Assembly (NCBI GenBank): GCA_038208905.1 | Contig: JBBQYG010000005.1 | Location: 1-56,729, forward strand | Origin: Candidatus Sumerlaeia bacterium | Lineage (GTDB): Bacteria > Sumerlaeota > Sumerlaeia > SLMS01 | DNA: 56,729 bases | Direction of reading: 5' to 3' | Shown here: positions 21,632 through 30,592 of the stretch, piece by piece | How the letters are laid out: every line of letters starts with the position of its first letter | Numbering within the stretch: position 1 is the stretch's first letter | Notes under the pieces: generated by a model | Seen by the model: only the letters and a program-made list of their open reading frames with translations | The model's database searches: none | Told to the model about the DNA's origin: nothing | Program-made: the position numbers and the translations under genes

Positions 21632-22957
21632 ATGAAACGATCAATTTCCTACCTCTCGGCTATTGCCTGTTCCCTTCTGTTGGCTGCCTGCAACGAGGAG
21701 CAGATTCTGTACAAGACCAAGGCCACCGAGCCGATTCCGCCGGTGCCTGTTCAGCTTGGGATGCCGCCCGCTGGTCAGGCGATGTCGCCGCATGGAGCCG
21801 GGGGGTCGATTCCGATCCCGGCGGCGCCCGCCAAGAGCGGGAGCTTTGCCAAGGGGGCATCGCTGGCCGAGGCCGCGGAGCCGATCACGCTGGCGGGGCA
21901 CTCGATCCCGGTGCCGACCCGTTACGAGTCGCGCGATCCCTCGTCGGCGATGCGCATCGCCGAGTTCCGCGTTCCCGGCGCTGCGGGGGAGTCCGATGGC
22001 GAGTGGACCGTCTTCTATTTCGGCAAGGGCCAGGGCGGCAGCGCGGCGGATAACTTCGCGCGGTGGCAAGGCCAGTTCAAGCCCCTCGCCGCCGGCAAGG
22101 ATCCCATGGTCGCGATGGACGAATTCGAGTCCAACGGGCTGCGCATCACGACGGGAGAGCTGGAAGGATTCTACAATCCGGGCGCGATGGCGGCGGGTCC
22201 GCCCCCGCCGGCAGACGCGCCGTGGGCGATGATCGCGCTGGTTGTGGAGGGCGGTCCGGAGGGGCCGCTGTTCCTGCGCTGGACCGGGCCGAGCGCCCTG
22301 ATCGCGCGAGAGAAGGCGGCGATCGAGGGGATCGCGGGCGGGATTCGGGCGGAGGGTGCGACCGTTGCGGCGGCGGCGGAAACTCCGCCCCCGGGGGTGG
22401 AGGAACGTGGGCAGGATGCAAAAGCTACCGCGGGGGGCGATCTGAAGCTGTCGCGGGTCGAAGCCCCGGGCGTTGCCTTTGCCGTTCCCGCGACGTGGAG
22501 CGAATCCGCCTCGCCCAGCGCCATGCGCGCATTGCAGTTCGCGATTCCCGGCCCCGCCGACAATCCCGGCGCCACGGGCGAGTTCGTGGTGTTCTACTTC
22601 GGGCCCGGCGGCGGTGGCACGGTGGACGACAACCTGCGTCGATGGGCCGGCCAGATCACGCGCGCCGATGGCTCCAGTACCTACGATAAGGCCGACATCG
22701 AGCGCACCACCATCGGGAGCTTTTCCCTCGCCTCGATCTATGCCGAGGGCGCCTATGCCCCCACCGCGATGGGCCCCATGGCCCCCGCCCCGGTCGCCCG
22801 CGATGGATTCGCCCTGATGGGCATCATCGTGGAGGGCGGCGCAGAGGGGCCTCTGTACCTGCGCTTCACTGGCCCCATCGAAACCGTCAAGGCCCAGCGG
22901 GATCACATCGGCGTCCTTCTGCGCAGCCTTGAACCCATCGGAAAGCCCCAGCCATGA
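21632..22957 (+). CDS. Lipoprotein with two tandem copies of an uncharacterised ~160-aa domain
   Basis: Lipobox LAAC; duplicated SAMR..F..PG...VFYFG.G.GG...DN..RW.GQ...VEGG.EGPL.LR.TGP. Confidence 0.8.
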   Translation: MKRSISYLSAIACSLLLAACNEEQILYKTKATEPIPPVPVQLGMPPAGQAMSPHGAGGSIPIPAAPAKSGSFAKGASLAEAAEPITLAGHSIPVPTRYESRDPSSAMRIAEFRVPGAAGESDGEWTVFYFGKGQGGSAADNFARWQGQFKPLAAGKDPMVAMDEFESNGLRITTGELEGFYNPGAMAAGPPPPADAPWAMIALVVEGGPEGPLFLRWTGPSALIAREKAAIEGIAGGIRAEGATVAAAAETPPPGVEERGQDAKATAGGDLKLSRVEAPGVAFAVPATWSESASPSAMRALQFAIPGPADNPGATGEFVVFYFGPGGGGTVDDNLRRWAGQITRADGSSTYDKADIERTTIGSFSLASIYAEGAYAPTAMGPMAPAPVARDGFALMGIIVEGGAEGPLYLRFTGPIETVKAQRDHIGVLLRSLEPIGKPQP

Positions 22958-24135
22958 GCCAGTGGCAATCGCCCTTCGATCCCCACTTCCACCGCCTGAT
23001 TGAGCAGCAGGACGCCGCCTCGGGCTCCGAGGTGTTTGCCGACTTGCTGAAGCAGGGCTCCGCCATCATCGAGCCGCTTTGCCGCTTCATCGACCGCCAG
23101 CCCGATGAACCCAGGTTGGCCGTTCTGGTTGAGCTATTGGGCAAGACGATGGACCGCCAGACGATCACCGCGCTGGTGGACCTGTTGAATTCCGACGTGC
23201 CGGAGATACGCCGCGCGGCGGCCAATGGCCTTGGGTGGAATCACGCCGTGCAGGCGCTGGAGGCGCTGGACTGGCTGGAGGCCAACGACGGCGACGCCCG
23301 CGTCCGCCAGGAGGCCCGCGCCGCCATCGAGGAGGTGCTGCGCCTTTTTCCCAAGCAACGCGAGACGCTGGTGCATCACAAGGCCACCAACGAGCCCGGA
23401 GCCCGAATCGCCGGCGAGCACGACGAGGTTCCCACCGGGGCGCCCGACGAGGCCCAGCGGCTTCGCCTGATGGCGGCGCTGCCACGGTTGCTGGCACTCA
23501 AGTACCGGGCGGTGCCGCTGCATATCTCCCCCGGCGACAAACTGCACTTGGCGGTCCGCGGCGGGGGAGAGCGCTATCTGATCGCCGCGCTGGCCGACCT
23601 GACGGGCCTCCACATCGAGCTCCACAACTGGACCAATGACCGCATCCAAAAGGCCATCGACGAACTCTATACCCTTGGCGACGACGACTTCTGCACGTTC
23701 CACGCGGGCCTGACCCCGATGGCGCGGGACGAGGTGGTGGAGCGCGTGCTCTCCGGCGTGCGGCCCCAGGAGCCATCCTCGCCGCTCTCCGAATCCCACG
23801 ACGCCGCGGAGGCCGTGCAGTTCTTCCTTTCAACGTGCTGCTTCCTAAGGGTCGGCCTCGCCACGATCCACTCCACCCCCCACGCCATGACCATCGTGGC
23901 GGAACGCGGCGGGGAACAGATCGCCGAACTGCCGCCCCCGCCCGTCCCGCTGCGCGAGCGGTTCCTGTGCGCGCTACGCCTGGTCGCCGGCTTCGACCCC
24001 GTCGCGGGCCTCGGCCCCCAGGAGGGCGGCCGCATCCGCATCGCCCTCTGCAAACCCGCCTGGATCGTTCACGTCTCCGGGGACAAGGGCATCGAGGGCG
24101 AGGTGCTGAGGCTGAGGTTCGAAGAGCAGGAATGA
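22954..24135 (+). CDS. HEAT-repeat protein fused to GspE/PilB N-terminal-like (T2SSE_N) domain, no ATPase
   Basis: LVDLLNSDVPEIRRAAANGLG and DGDARVRQEARAAI repeats; LPRLLALKYRAVPL...LHLAV...IQKAIDELY; no Walker A. Confidence 0.65.
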   Translation: MSQWQSPFDPHFHRLIEQQDAASGSEVFADLLKQGSAIIEPLCRFIDRQPDEPRLAVLVELLGKTMDRQTITALVDLLNSDVPEIRRAAANGLGWNHAVQALEALDWLEANDGDARVRQEARAAIEEVLRLFPKQRETLVHHKATNEPGARIAGEHDEVPTGAPDEAQRLRLMAALPRLLALKYRAVPLHISPGDKLHLAVRGGGERYLIAALADLTGLHIELHNWTNDRIQKAIDELYTLGDDDFCTFHAGLTPMARDEVVERVLSGVRPQEPSSPLSESHDAAEAVQFFLSTCCFLRVGLATIHSTPHAMTIVAERGGEQIAELPPPPVPLRERFLCALRLVAGFDPVAGLGPQEGGRIRIALCKPAWIVHVSGDKGIEGEVLRLRFEEQE

Positions 24136-24139
24136 GAAG

Positions 24140-24340
24140 GCGCGGAAAGGCGGAAGTGGCGGGAACAGCGAAAGCAACGGGAACGGCGTGGCCCAACCCC
24201 TTGATCCCACTCCCCCCATCACTCCTATGAGCCGCCGGGTGGGCCTTATGGGAGCAATGGCGCCGATGATCAGCCGCCGATCCCCCCGCCCCCGCCCGGT
24301 TTCCCGCCGTTCCCCGCCTTCAACCCCTTCCGTTTTCCCG
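24140..24340. repeat. Family B arms (purine arm 24140-24187, pyrimidine arm ~24300-24340)
   Basis: CGGAAAGG CGGAAGTGG CGGGAACAG CGAAAGCAA CGGGAACGG ... TTTCCCGCCG TTCCCCGCCT. Confidence 0.65.
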
Positions 24341-24637
24341 GAGATTGCCGTGGGAATCGTCGGGATTCGACTTTCGGGTGGTCGGGGGGCCAAGACGGCC
24401 TTGACCGGCTGGGGCGGGGCGTGTTCTCTGTGGGCGTATTGGACATCGCTGTGGAAGTACCCTTGGGATTACCCGCTCCGGCGTGCCAAGGGTCTCAAAC
24501 AGCTTCGTTTAGGCGAGCCGAAAACGCGGGCGAGGCGGAAGTTTTCCTTGTGCCTGCAATCTCGGGTCGATGAAGTTCGGAATGACAATTGGATACAAGA
24601 GTAAGTCTTTCAGCCTCCTGGAAAAGGTCACGAACCG

Positions 24638-27600
24638 ATGAAGAAGAGGAGCAGCCTGCATTCTTCCCGCGTCGTGTTTTTTGCGGCATCCCTGCTGGTG
24701 GGAGCCGCCATTGCGCACCCCGTAAACGCCCAGATCCCCGACGATCCCAAGCTGGAGCCCTTTAGCCACATCAAGGGCGCCGAGAAGGTCAGCATCAGCC
24801 TCCTAAGGGCGGCGGAAGCCGCCAAGGGCGGCAAGTCGCTGGCCGACGGCCTTGGCACCAAGGCCGCCGCGTCGGCCCCCGGCGCCATCCTGATCGAACT
24901 CGTCGCCAGCGACGTGACACCGGCCCTTCTGGCCAGCATCGCCAAGACCGGCGCCACCGTGGTTCACTCTTCGGAGCGCTTTGACCGCATCAGCGTCTCC
25001 GTCGATTCCGCCGCCGCCATCGAGGCCCTCGCGGCCATCGACGGCGTCCGCATGATCCGCCCAATCGCCAAGCCCCAGGTTCTTGGGCTTGCGGGCGGCG
25101 GCACTGGAATCTCCCAAGGGCAGGGCGACCGCGCATTGCGGTCCGACCTTCTCAGCACCAAGTACAACACCGACGGCACCGGGACGCGCGTCGGCATCCT
25201 GTCCGACAGCTTTGCCTCCCGCTTTACGCAACCCACGCTGATTGAGGATGGCGTCGCGGAATCCGGCAGTGTGGCGGAGCTCTCCTATGGCGGCTCGGTT
25301 GGCGCCCAGGGGGCGAGCCTACCCGCCGGAGAATACACGCTTCTCGTGCGGACCTCCGATCAGGGAGAGATCACGATTGCCTTCACTTCGGACGTGGTGC
25401 TCACAGCTCCCACACCGACCCCGTCATTCCCTTGCAATCTTCGCGTATCGCTTCTCGGGCTCACGGGGACACGTCAGTTCAACACTCAGGTCGTCACTCC
25501 CCCCATTGACCAGAACTTCGCCAACCCGAGCTGCGGAGCGGGCAATAACTATGTGCTTCTGGGATTCACCCTTGCCAGCGCGGCCAGCAACTTCGGCGTG
25601 AGAGCGACTTCCTCCGGCAATTCCGAAGTGTCCCTTTCGATACGTTCCGGTTGCGCCAATGACGCCTCCACCGAGGTGGACTGTGTCGAAAGCCAGCAGC
25701 GCCGGGGCGTCTCCGGCATGGTCAACCAGCTCAGCGGCGATCTCCCCTCTTTCGTGACGATCATTAGGGACGGGGAGGCGACTGGCTTCGGCCAGGTCTC
25801 CAACGAAGGCGCGGCCATGGGCGAATTGGTCCACGACATCGCCCCCGGCGCCGACATTGGATTCCACACGGCCCTCGGCGGTCAGGCCGTCTTCGCCGAA
25901 GGCATCCTCCGCTTGGCCAACTTCGTATTCCAGCCCACCGACGAGCCCTTCCTCGCCGATGTGATCGTTGACGATATCATCTACTTTCAGGAGCCGGTCT
26001 TCCAGCCCGGCATCGTGGAGCAGGCAATCTCCGACGTGGTGGCATCCGGCGTCACGTACTTCTCGGCGGCTGGAAACAGCGCCAACTATGGCTATCGCCT
26101 GAACTATCAGGATGTCTCCGGCGCCGACGACAACAACGCGATCCCCAACGGGAACGATCTCGCCCGCTGGCCCGGCGGAGACGGCTATCTGCCGATCACC
26201 GTGGAGCCGGGCGCCACCTTTACCGCCGTGATCCAGTGGAACCAGCCGTGGGACAGCCTCAACGACGGACGCGGCTCCCAGATCGACTTCGACGCCTATG
26301 TGGTAACGAGCAAGGGGACCAATGGGTTCTCCAACGCGCTCTTCTCCGACAAGATCGAGCGCATCGGCATCGATGCCCAAGGCACGACGGGCATCCCCTT
26401 CGGCGATCCCATCGAGCAGGTCAGCTATACCAACGATCAGCCCAGCCGCCAGACGGTCTACTTGGCCCTGAACCACCGCCGCGGCAGCAAGACCACGATC
26501 CCCCAGATCAACCAGCCCATCGAAATCCGGGTGATCTTCCCCGATGTCGCCGCTCAGGATGGCGAGGTCTTCATCAACAACATCCAGCCGGAGAATATCG
26601 CAACCGGCGGCCCGACGATCTGGGGCCACATGGGATCGCCCGACGTGATCGCCGTGGGCGCGGTGAACTGGGTCGATACGCCGACCTTCGATACGAACTT
26701 CGGCCCCTCCAGGGCCATCGATCCGGAGGTCTTCAGCTCCACCGGCGATGCGCTCACCCAGTACTTCGACAAGGACGGTTTTACGCTTCCGGTTCCGAGC
26801 ACCATCGCCAAGCCGGAAATCGCGGCGGTGGACGGCAACAACACCACGTTCTTCCCCGGCTTCGAGAACAACGACCCCAGCAAGCCGCTGGAAAACTTCG
26901 ACGCCGACGAGTTCCCGAACTTCTTCGGCACGTCGGCCTCGGCTCCCAACGCCGCCGCCGTCGCGGCCCTGCTCATCAGCCTGAATCCCGACCTTCGTGC
27001 CGACGACATCAAGACAATCTTCGCCGCCACCGCCGTCGATGTGACGGGTGTGCGCGCGGGAGTGGGCTTCGACGCCGTCTCCGGCGCCGGCCTGATCGAC
27101 GCCCTCGCGGCGGCGGATCTGGTCGCCAGCGCCTATGGAATCACCACCGGCGCCGGATCGCCCAGCAGCAAGCAGTTCACGTTCTCCGGCGGCGCAGAGG
27201 GCTGGACAGCCAACTCCATCCCGCAGTTCACGGCCCCGGGCTTCCGCCTTGGCCCCGACACGCTGGACATCACGGCCACCAATAGCTTCAACACCTTTGG
27301 CTGGCTCCGCTCTCCGGAGTTCCTAGTCTCGCCGCGCGTCGTAACCACGCCCGACGGTGCCCTCACGGTGAACGGGCGCACGGGCGCTGGCTCGCTGATG
27401 GAGGCGCAGGTCCGCATCTCCAACAGCAGCAACAACCCCGCTCTCGCGCCCACGTTCCGCATCCGCTCCACCACCGGCAACTCGGAGCGTTCCGATGTGC
27501 TGGTGGCCACGTCGCTCGGCGGCGGCGGGTTCTCGCCGGGCGGTCCCGCCAGCAAGATCTATCGTCACTACTTCCCCATTCCGCAAAGCACCACGCGCTT

Positions 27601-28258
27601 CCGCCTTTTCGTTGACCTGCTTGGCTTCGACGGCGAGGGCCCCGCTGGCACAACGCTCCGCGTGGACGAAGTAATCCTGATCGGCTTCCCCAGCGGTACC
27701 AACACCCTGACGGGCGCGCGCCTCGAAGCGCTCCGCTTCTTCAGCAACACCAACGGCGGCTGGACCAAGCGCGACGCATCGCCCCTGGGCACCGTCCACT
27801 CCAGCGTCGGTTCCGACGGCATCTACCTCGGGCCGGTCTCCAACGCGGGCGTCACGTCCTTCGGCTTCTGGGACTCCTCCTCGGCCACGCCGCTGGCGAC
27901 GTTCGAGCGCGACCGCCTGTACCGCCTCATCTTCCGCGTGAAGTCCGACATTCCGACCGCACTCAAGACGTCGCTCCCGGCGTTCCGCCTGCGCGCCAAT
28001 TCCGCCAACAACCAGCTCTCGGTTTACGCGGACATCAACGCGACGACGACCACGGCAACGATCCCGACCGGCGGAGAAGGCCTCGACTACTCGGTGTTCT
28101 TCGTGGCGCCGGAAGAACTCGTAGGCCAGACCGTCAACGGCGCGCTCGATTACCTCTACGTCCCCGGCATCGGCAAGGATGGTGGCCAGTCCATCGCCCT
28201 CCAGCAGATCCGTCTGGATTCCTATCAGCGCCCTCTGGAAGACGCGCTGGTTCCCTGA
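24638..28258 (+). CDS. Secreted subtilase (S8, S53-like subfamily) with inserted domain and C-terminal tandem repeat domain
   Basis: Signal peptide and prodomain; VGILSDS (Asp), NEGAAMGELVHDIAPGA, YFSAAGN, KPEIAAVDG and FFGTSASAP (Ser) motifs. Confidence 0.9.
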   Translation: MKKRSSLHSSRVVFFAASLLVGAAIAHPVNAQIPDDPKLEPFSHIKGAEKVSISLLRAAEAAKGGKSLADGLGTKAAASAPGAILIELVASDVTPALLASIAKTGATVVHSSERFDRISVSVDSAAAIEALAAIDGVRMIRPIAKPQVLGLAGGGTGISQGQGDRALRSDLLSTKYNTDGTGTRVGILSDSFASRFTQPTLIEDGVAESGSVAELSYGGSVGAQGASLPAGEYTLLVRTSDQGEITIAFTSDVVLTAPTPTPSFPCNLRVSLLGLTGTRQFNTQVVTPPIDQNFANPSCGAGNNYVLLGFTLASAASNFGVRATSSGNSEVSLSIRSGCANDASTEVDCVESQQRRGVSGMVNQLSGDLPSFVTIIRDGEATGFGQVSNEGAAMGELVHDIAPGADIGFHTALGGQAVFAEGILRLANFVFQPTDEPFLADVIVDDIIYFQEPVFQPGIVEQAISDVVASGVTYFSAAGNSANYGYRLNYQDVSGADDNNAIPNGNDLARWPGGDGYLPITVEPGATFTAVIQWNQPWDSLNDGRGSQIDFDAYVVTSKGTNGFSNALFSDKIERIGIDAQGTTGIPFGDPIEQVSYTNDQPSRQTVYLALNHRRGSKTTIPQINQPIEIRVIFPDVAAQDGEVFINNIQPENIATGGPTIWGHMGSPDVIAVGAVNWVDTPTFDTNFGPSRAIDPEVFSSTGDALTQYFDKDGFTLPVPSTIAKPEIAAVDGNNTTFFPGFENNDPSKPLENFDADEFPNFFGTSASAPNAAAVAALLISLNPDLRADDIKTIFAATAVDVTGVRAGVGFDAVSGAGLIDALAAADLVASAYGITTGAGSPSSKQFTFSGGAEGWTANSIPQFTAPGFRLGPDTLDITATNSFNTFGWLRSPEFLVSPRVVTTPDGALTVNGRTGAGSLMEAQVRISNSSNNPALAPTFRIRSTTGNSERSDVLVATSLGGGGFSPGGPASKIYRHYFPIPQSTTRFRLFVDLLGFDGEGPAGTTLRVDEVILIGFPSGTNTLTGARLEALRFFSNTNGGWTKRDASPLGTVHSSVGSDGIYLGPVSNAGVTSFGFWDSSSATPLATFERDRLYRLIFRVKSDIPTALKTSLPAFRLRANSANNQLSVYADINATTTTATIPTGGEGLDYSVFFVAPEELVGQTVNGALDYLYVPGIGKDGGQSIALQQIRLDSYQRPLEDALVP

Positions 28259-28284
28259 TCGCCACACCACAACGCAGCAATCCC

Positions 28285-28320
28285 ACCGGGCGGGGCCACT
28301 TGGCCCCGCCCGGTTTGCTT
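28285..28320 (+). terminator. Intrinsic terminator after the protease gene
   Basis: Perfect stem ACCGGGCGGGGCCA-CT-TGGCCCCGCCCGGT followed by TTGCTT. Confidence 0.7.
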
Positions 28321-28339
28321 GGGGCCCTTTTGAAGCCAC

Positions 28340-28387
28340 TGGGACCCGTTGGACCAAATGGACACGATGGACGTCCATCGAGTTCAT
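28340..28387. repeat. Two-armed family A palindrome
   Basis: TGGGACCCG TTGGACCAA ATGGACACG ATGGAC|GTCCAT CGA GTTCAT. Confidence 0.85.
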
Positions 28388-28491
28388 GGGATCGGTTGCG
28401 GAAAAAGGCAACATGCCGTGGGGGTGAGGCCGCCCCGTGGCACCGTACTTTTCCCTTCCCCGGCGCGCCGCCGCCGTTGATGGTGGCGCGC

Positions 28492-29367
28492 ATGATACCT
28501 CCCCTTGGATCGCACATGAGCATCGCCGGTGGCGTGGACATGGCCCCGGCGCGCGGCGCGTCGGTCGGGTGCCGCGCGATGCAGGTCTTTGTGAAGAATA
28601 ACAACCGGTGGGATGGGCCCCCGATCACCCCTGCCCAGGTCACCCGCTTTCACTCGGAACTCGCCGGGGCGGGGATCGCATTGAACCACGTCTTTGCGCA
28701 CACCGGCTACCTGATCAACCTCGCCTCTCCCAAGCCCGACGTTCTGGGAAAGAGCCGCATCGCCATCGAGGACGAACTTCTCCGCTGCGGCCAGCTCGAC
28801 ATCCCTGGCGTGGTGATGCACCCGGGCTCGCCCACGGGCGGGGATCGCGACACAGGGCTGCGCCAAGTGGCGGCGGAGTGTGCCGCCGTCATTGATCGAA
28901 CGCCGGGGGTGACGACGCGGATCCTCTTCGAGACGACGGTCGGCGCGGGGAGCCATCTGGGCGCCACCTTTCAGGATTTGCACGACTTGCTTGTACTGAC
29001 CGACCGGCCAGATCGCACGGGTATCTGCATGGACACGTGCCACATCTTCGCGGCGGGGTACGACATCCGCACGGCGGAGACCTATGAGGCCACGATGAAG
29101 GAATTCGCGCGCGTGGTGGGATTCAAGAACCTGCGCGCGGCACACCTCAACGATTCCAAGCACGGCCTTGGCACGCGCAAGGACCGCCACGAGCACATCG
29201 GCCAGGGGCACCTCGGCGAGGAGCCGTTCCGCCTGCTGCTGACCGACCCGCGATTCGCAAAGATCCCCATGTCGCTGGAGACGGAGAAGGACGCGGACCT
29301 GGAGGACGACCGGCGCAACCTGGCGACGCTGTATCGCCTGGCGGGCGCGGAATACCCGCCGCCATGA
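28492..29367 (+). CDS. nfo: Endonuclease IV (AP endonuclease family 2)
   Basis: LGSHMSIAGG, HTGYLINLAS, VMHPGS, DTCHIFAAGYD, HLNDSK and KDRHEHIGQG motifs. Confidence 0.95.
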   Translation: MIPPLGSHMSIAGGVDMAPARGASVGCRAMQVFVKNNNRWDGPPITPAQVTRFHSELAGAGIALNHVFAHTGYLINLASPKPDVLGKSRIAIEDELLRCGQLDIPGVVMHPGSPTGGDRDTGLRQVAAECAAVIDRTPGVTTRILFETTVGAGSHLGATFQDLHDLLVLTDRPDRTGICMDTCHIFAAGYDIRTAETYEATMKEFARVVGFKNLRAAHLNDSKHGLGTRKDRHEHIGQGHLGEEPFRLLLTDPRFAKIPMSLETEKDADLEDDRRNLATLYRLAGAEYPPP

Positions 29368-30095
29368 TCGTCCGCGCGATCAAGGGGATGCACGCCATCG
29401 TGCGCCAGCCGGAACACGCCCGCCAGAGCGCCGTGATCGCCGCGCATCTGGACCCCGCGTTCCTGCCTCCGCCCCAGGAGCAGCGCGAATTCCTGCTGGC
29501 CGTCCGCGACCACGATGACGGCTGGGCAGAGTGGGAAAAGAATCCCCACACCGCGCCGTCGGGCCTTCCCCTCGACTTTCCCGACATCGACAAGCGCGAC
29601 CACGCGGAGAACTGGCGGCGGACGATCTTTGGCGCGCTGTTCCGGCACGGCCCCGCCGCCGCCGCATGGATCGCGCGCCATGCCGACGAACTGATGGAGT
29701 CTGACAACCGCGACACGGTGGACGCGCTGGCGGCGCGGGCGTGGCCGGGGCTGAATGCCGCCGACCGCGCGGCGCGGGTTTCCCGCGGGTTTCGGGCGCT
29801 GCGGTTTGCCGACGCGCTGTCGCTCATGGCGCTCGACGGTTGGAGCAAGCGCCTCGCCTTCGACCTCGACGATGCCGGCGGCAACGCCGTCCCTCACGAG
29901 GCATGGCGCGATGGCCCGTGGTCGATCCGGGTGTGGCCGTGGCCGTTTGTGCTCCCAAGGCTGACGCGAATCCATGCAGACGGCGTTTGCGTCTCTTCGA
30001 AGAGCGAGGGATACGCTCTCGCCTTGCTGAAGACACCGCGCGAGGCCGCGATGCGAATTCAGGTCGAGATTCTCCCCGGGGGGCCGTCCGCGTGA
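29364..30095 (+). CDS. DUF3891-like protein
   Basis: QPEHARQS...A.RDHDDGWAEWE...D.LSL...PWPF pattern. Confidence 0.7.
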   Translation: MIVRAIKGMHAIVRQPEHARQSAVIAAHLDPAFLPPPQEQREFLLAVRDHDDGWAEWEKNPHTAPSGLPLDFPDIDKRDHAENWRRTIFGALFRHGPAAAAWIARHADELMESDNRDTVDALAARAWPGLNAADRAARVSRGFRALRFADALSLMALDGWSKRLAFDLDDAGGNAVPHEAWRDGPWSIRVWPWPFVLPRLTRIHADGVCVSSKSEGYALALLKTPREAAMRIQVEILPGGPSA

Positions 30096-30592
30096 GGAAG
30101 ATAATCGCAGCGATGGCGATGGCGGCGCTCCTGTCCGGCTGCGAGCAGAAGCCCGCCAGCGAGGCGCCACCCCCCGCGCCCGTCGCCACGCCCACCGTGG
30201 CGCCCACGCCAGAGCCATCGCCCGCCGCCATTGCAAACCCCGTGGCCGAGGACATGGGCGAGGGCGTGACCGCGTGGACTCTGGTGGCCGGACGCGGCCC
30301 CGCCGTGGCGGAGGGGCTCAGGCCCTATCTGCGTATAGACATCCGCGATGCTGCGGGCGCGACGGTGTGGAAGGGCGAGTTTTCCTTCCTCGTCGGCAGC
30401 GGCCAAGGCTTTCCCGGGCTCGACCGCGGCATTCGCGGAATGATGCCGGGGGAGAAGCGCCGCATCGAGATCCCCGCCGCCCAGTCCTTCGGCATGCCGC
30501 GCGAGGGAGAGGCGCCCGCCGAACCGACGGCGGTGACCGCGGAGGTTGAATTGATCGAGCTGGAAACACCCACCGAGCCGGGGACCCCATGA
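30092..30592 (+). CDS. FKBP-type peptidyl-prolyl isomerase-like lipoprotein
   Basis: GTG start; lipobox LSGC; FLVGSGQGFPGLDRGIRGMMPGEKRRIEIPAAQSFG...EVELI. Confidence 0.8.
   Translation: MRKIIAAMAMAALLSGCEQKPASEAPPPAPVATPTVAPTPEPSPAAIANPVAEDMGEGVTAWTLVAGRGPAVAEGLRPYLRIDIRDAAGATVWKGEFSFLVGSGQGFPGLDRGIRGMMPGEKRRIEIPAAQSFGMPREGEAPAEPTAVTAEVELIELETPTEPGTP

Noticed and set aside
24400-24637. Riboswitch or ncRNA in the long leader of the protease gene (CCCTTGG...CCAAGGG stem)
   Set aside because: No match to a riboswitch consensus I recognise; an Infernal/Rfam scan would be needed
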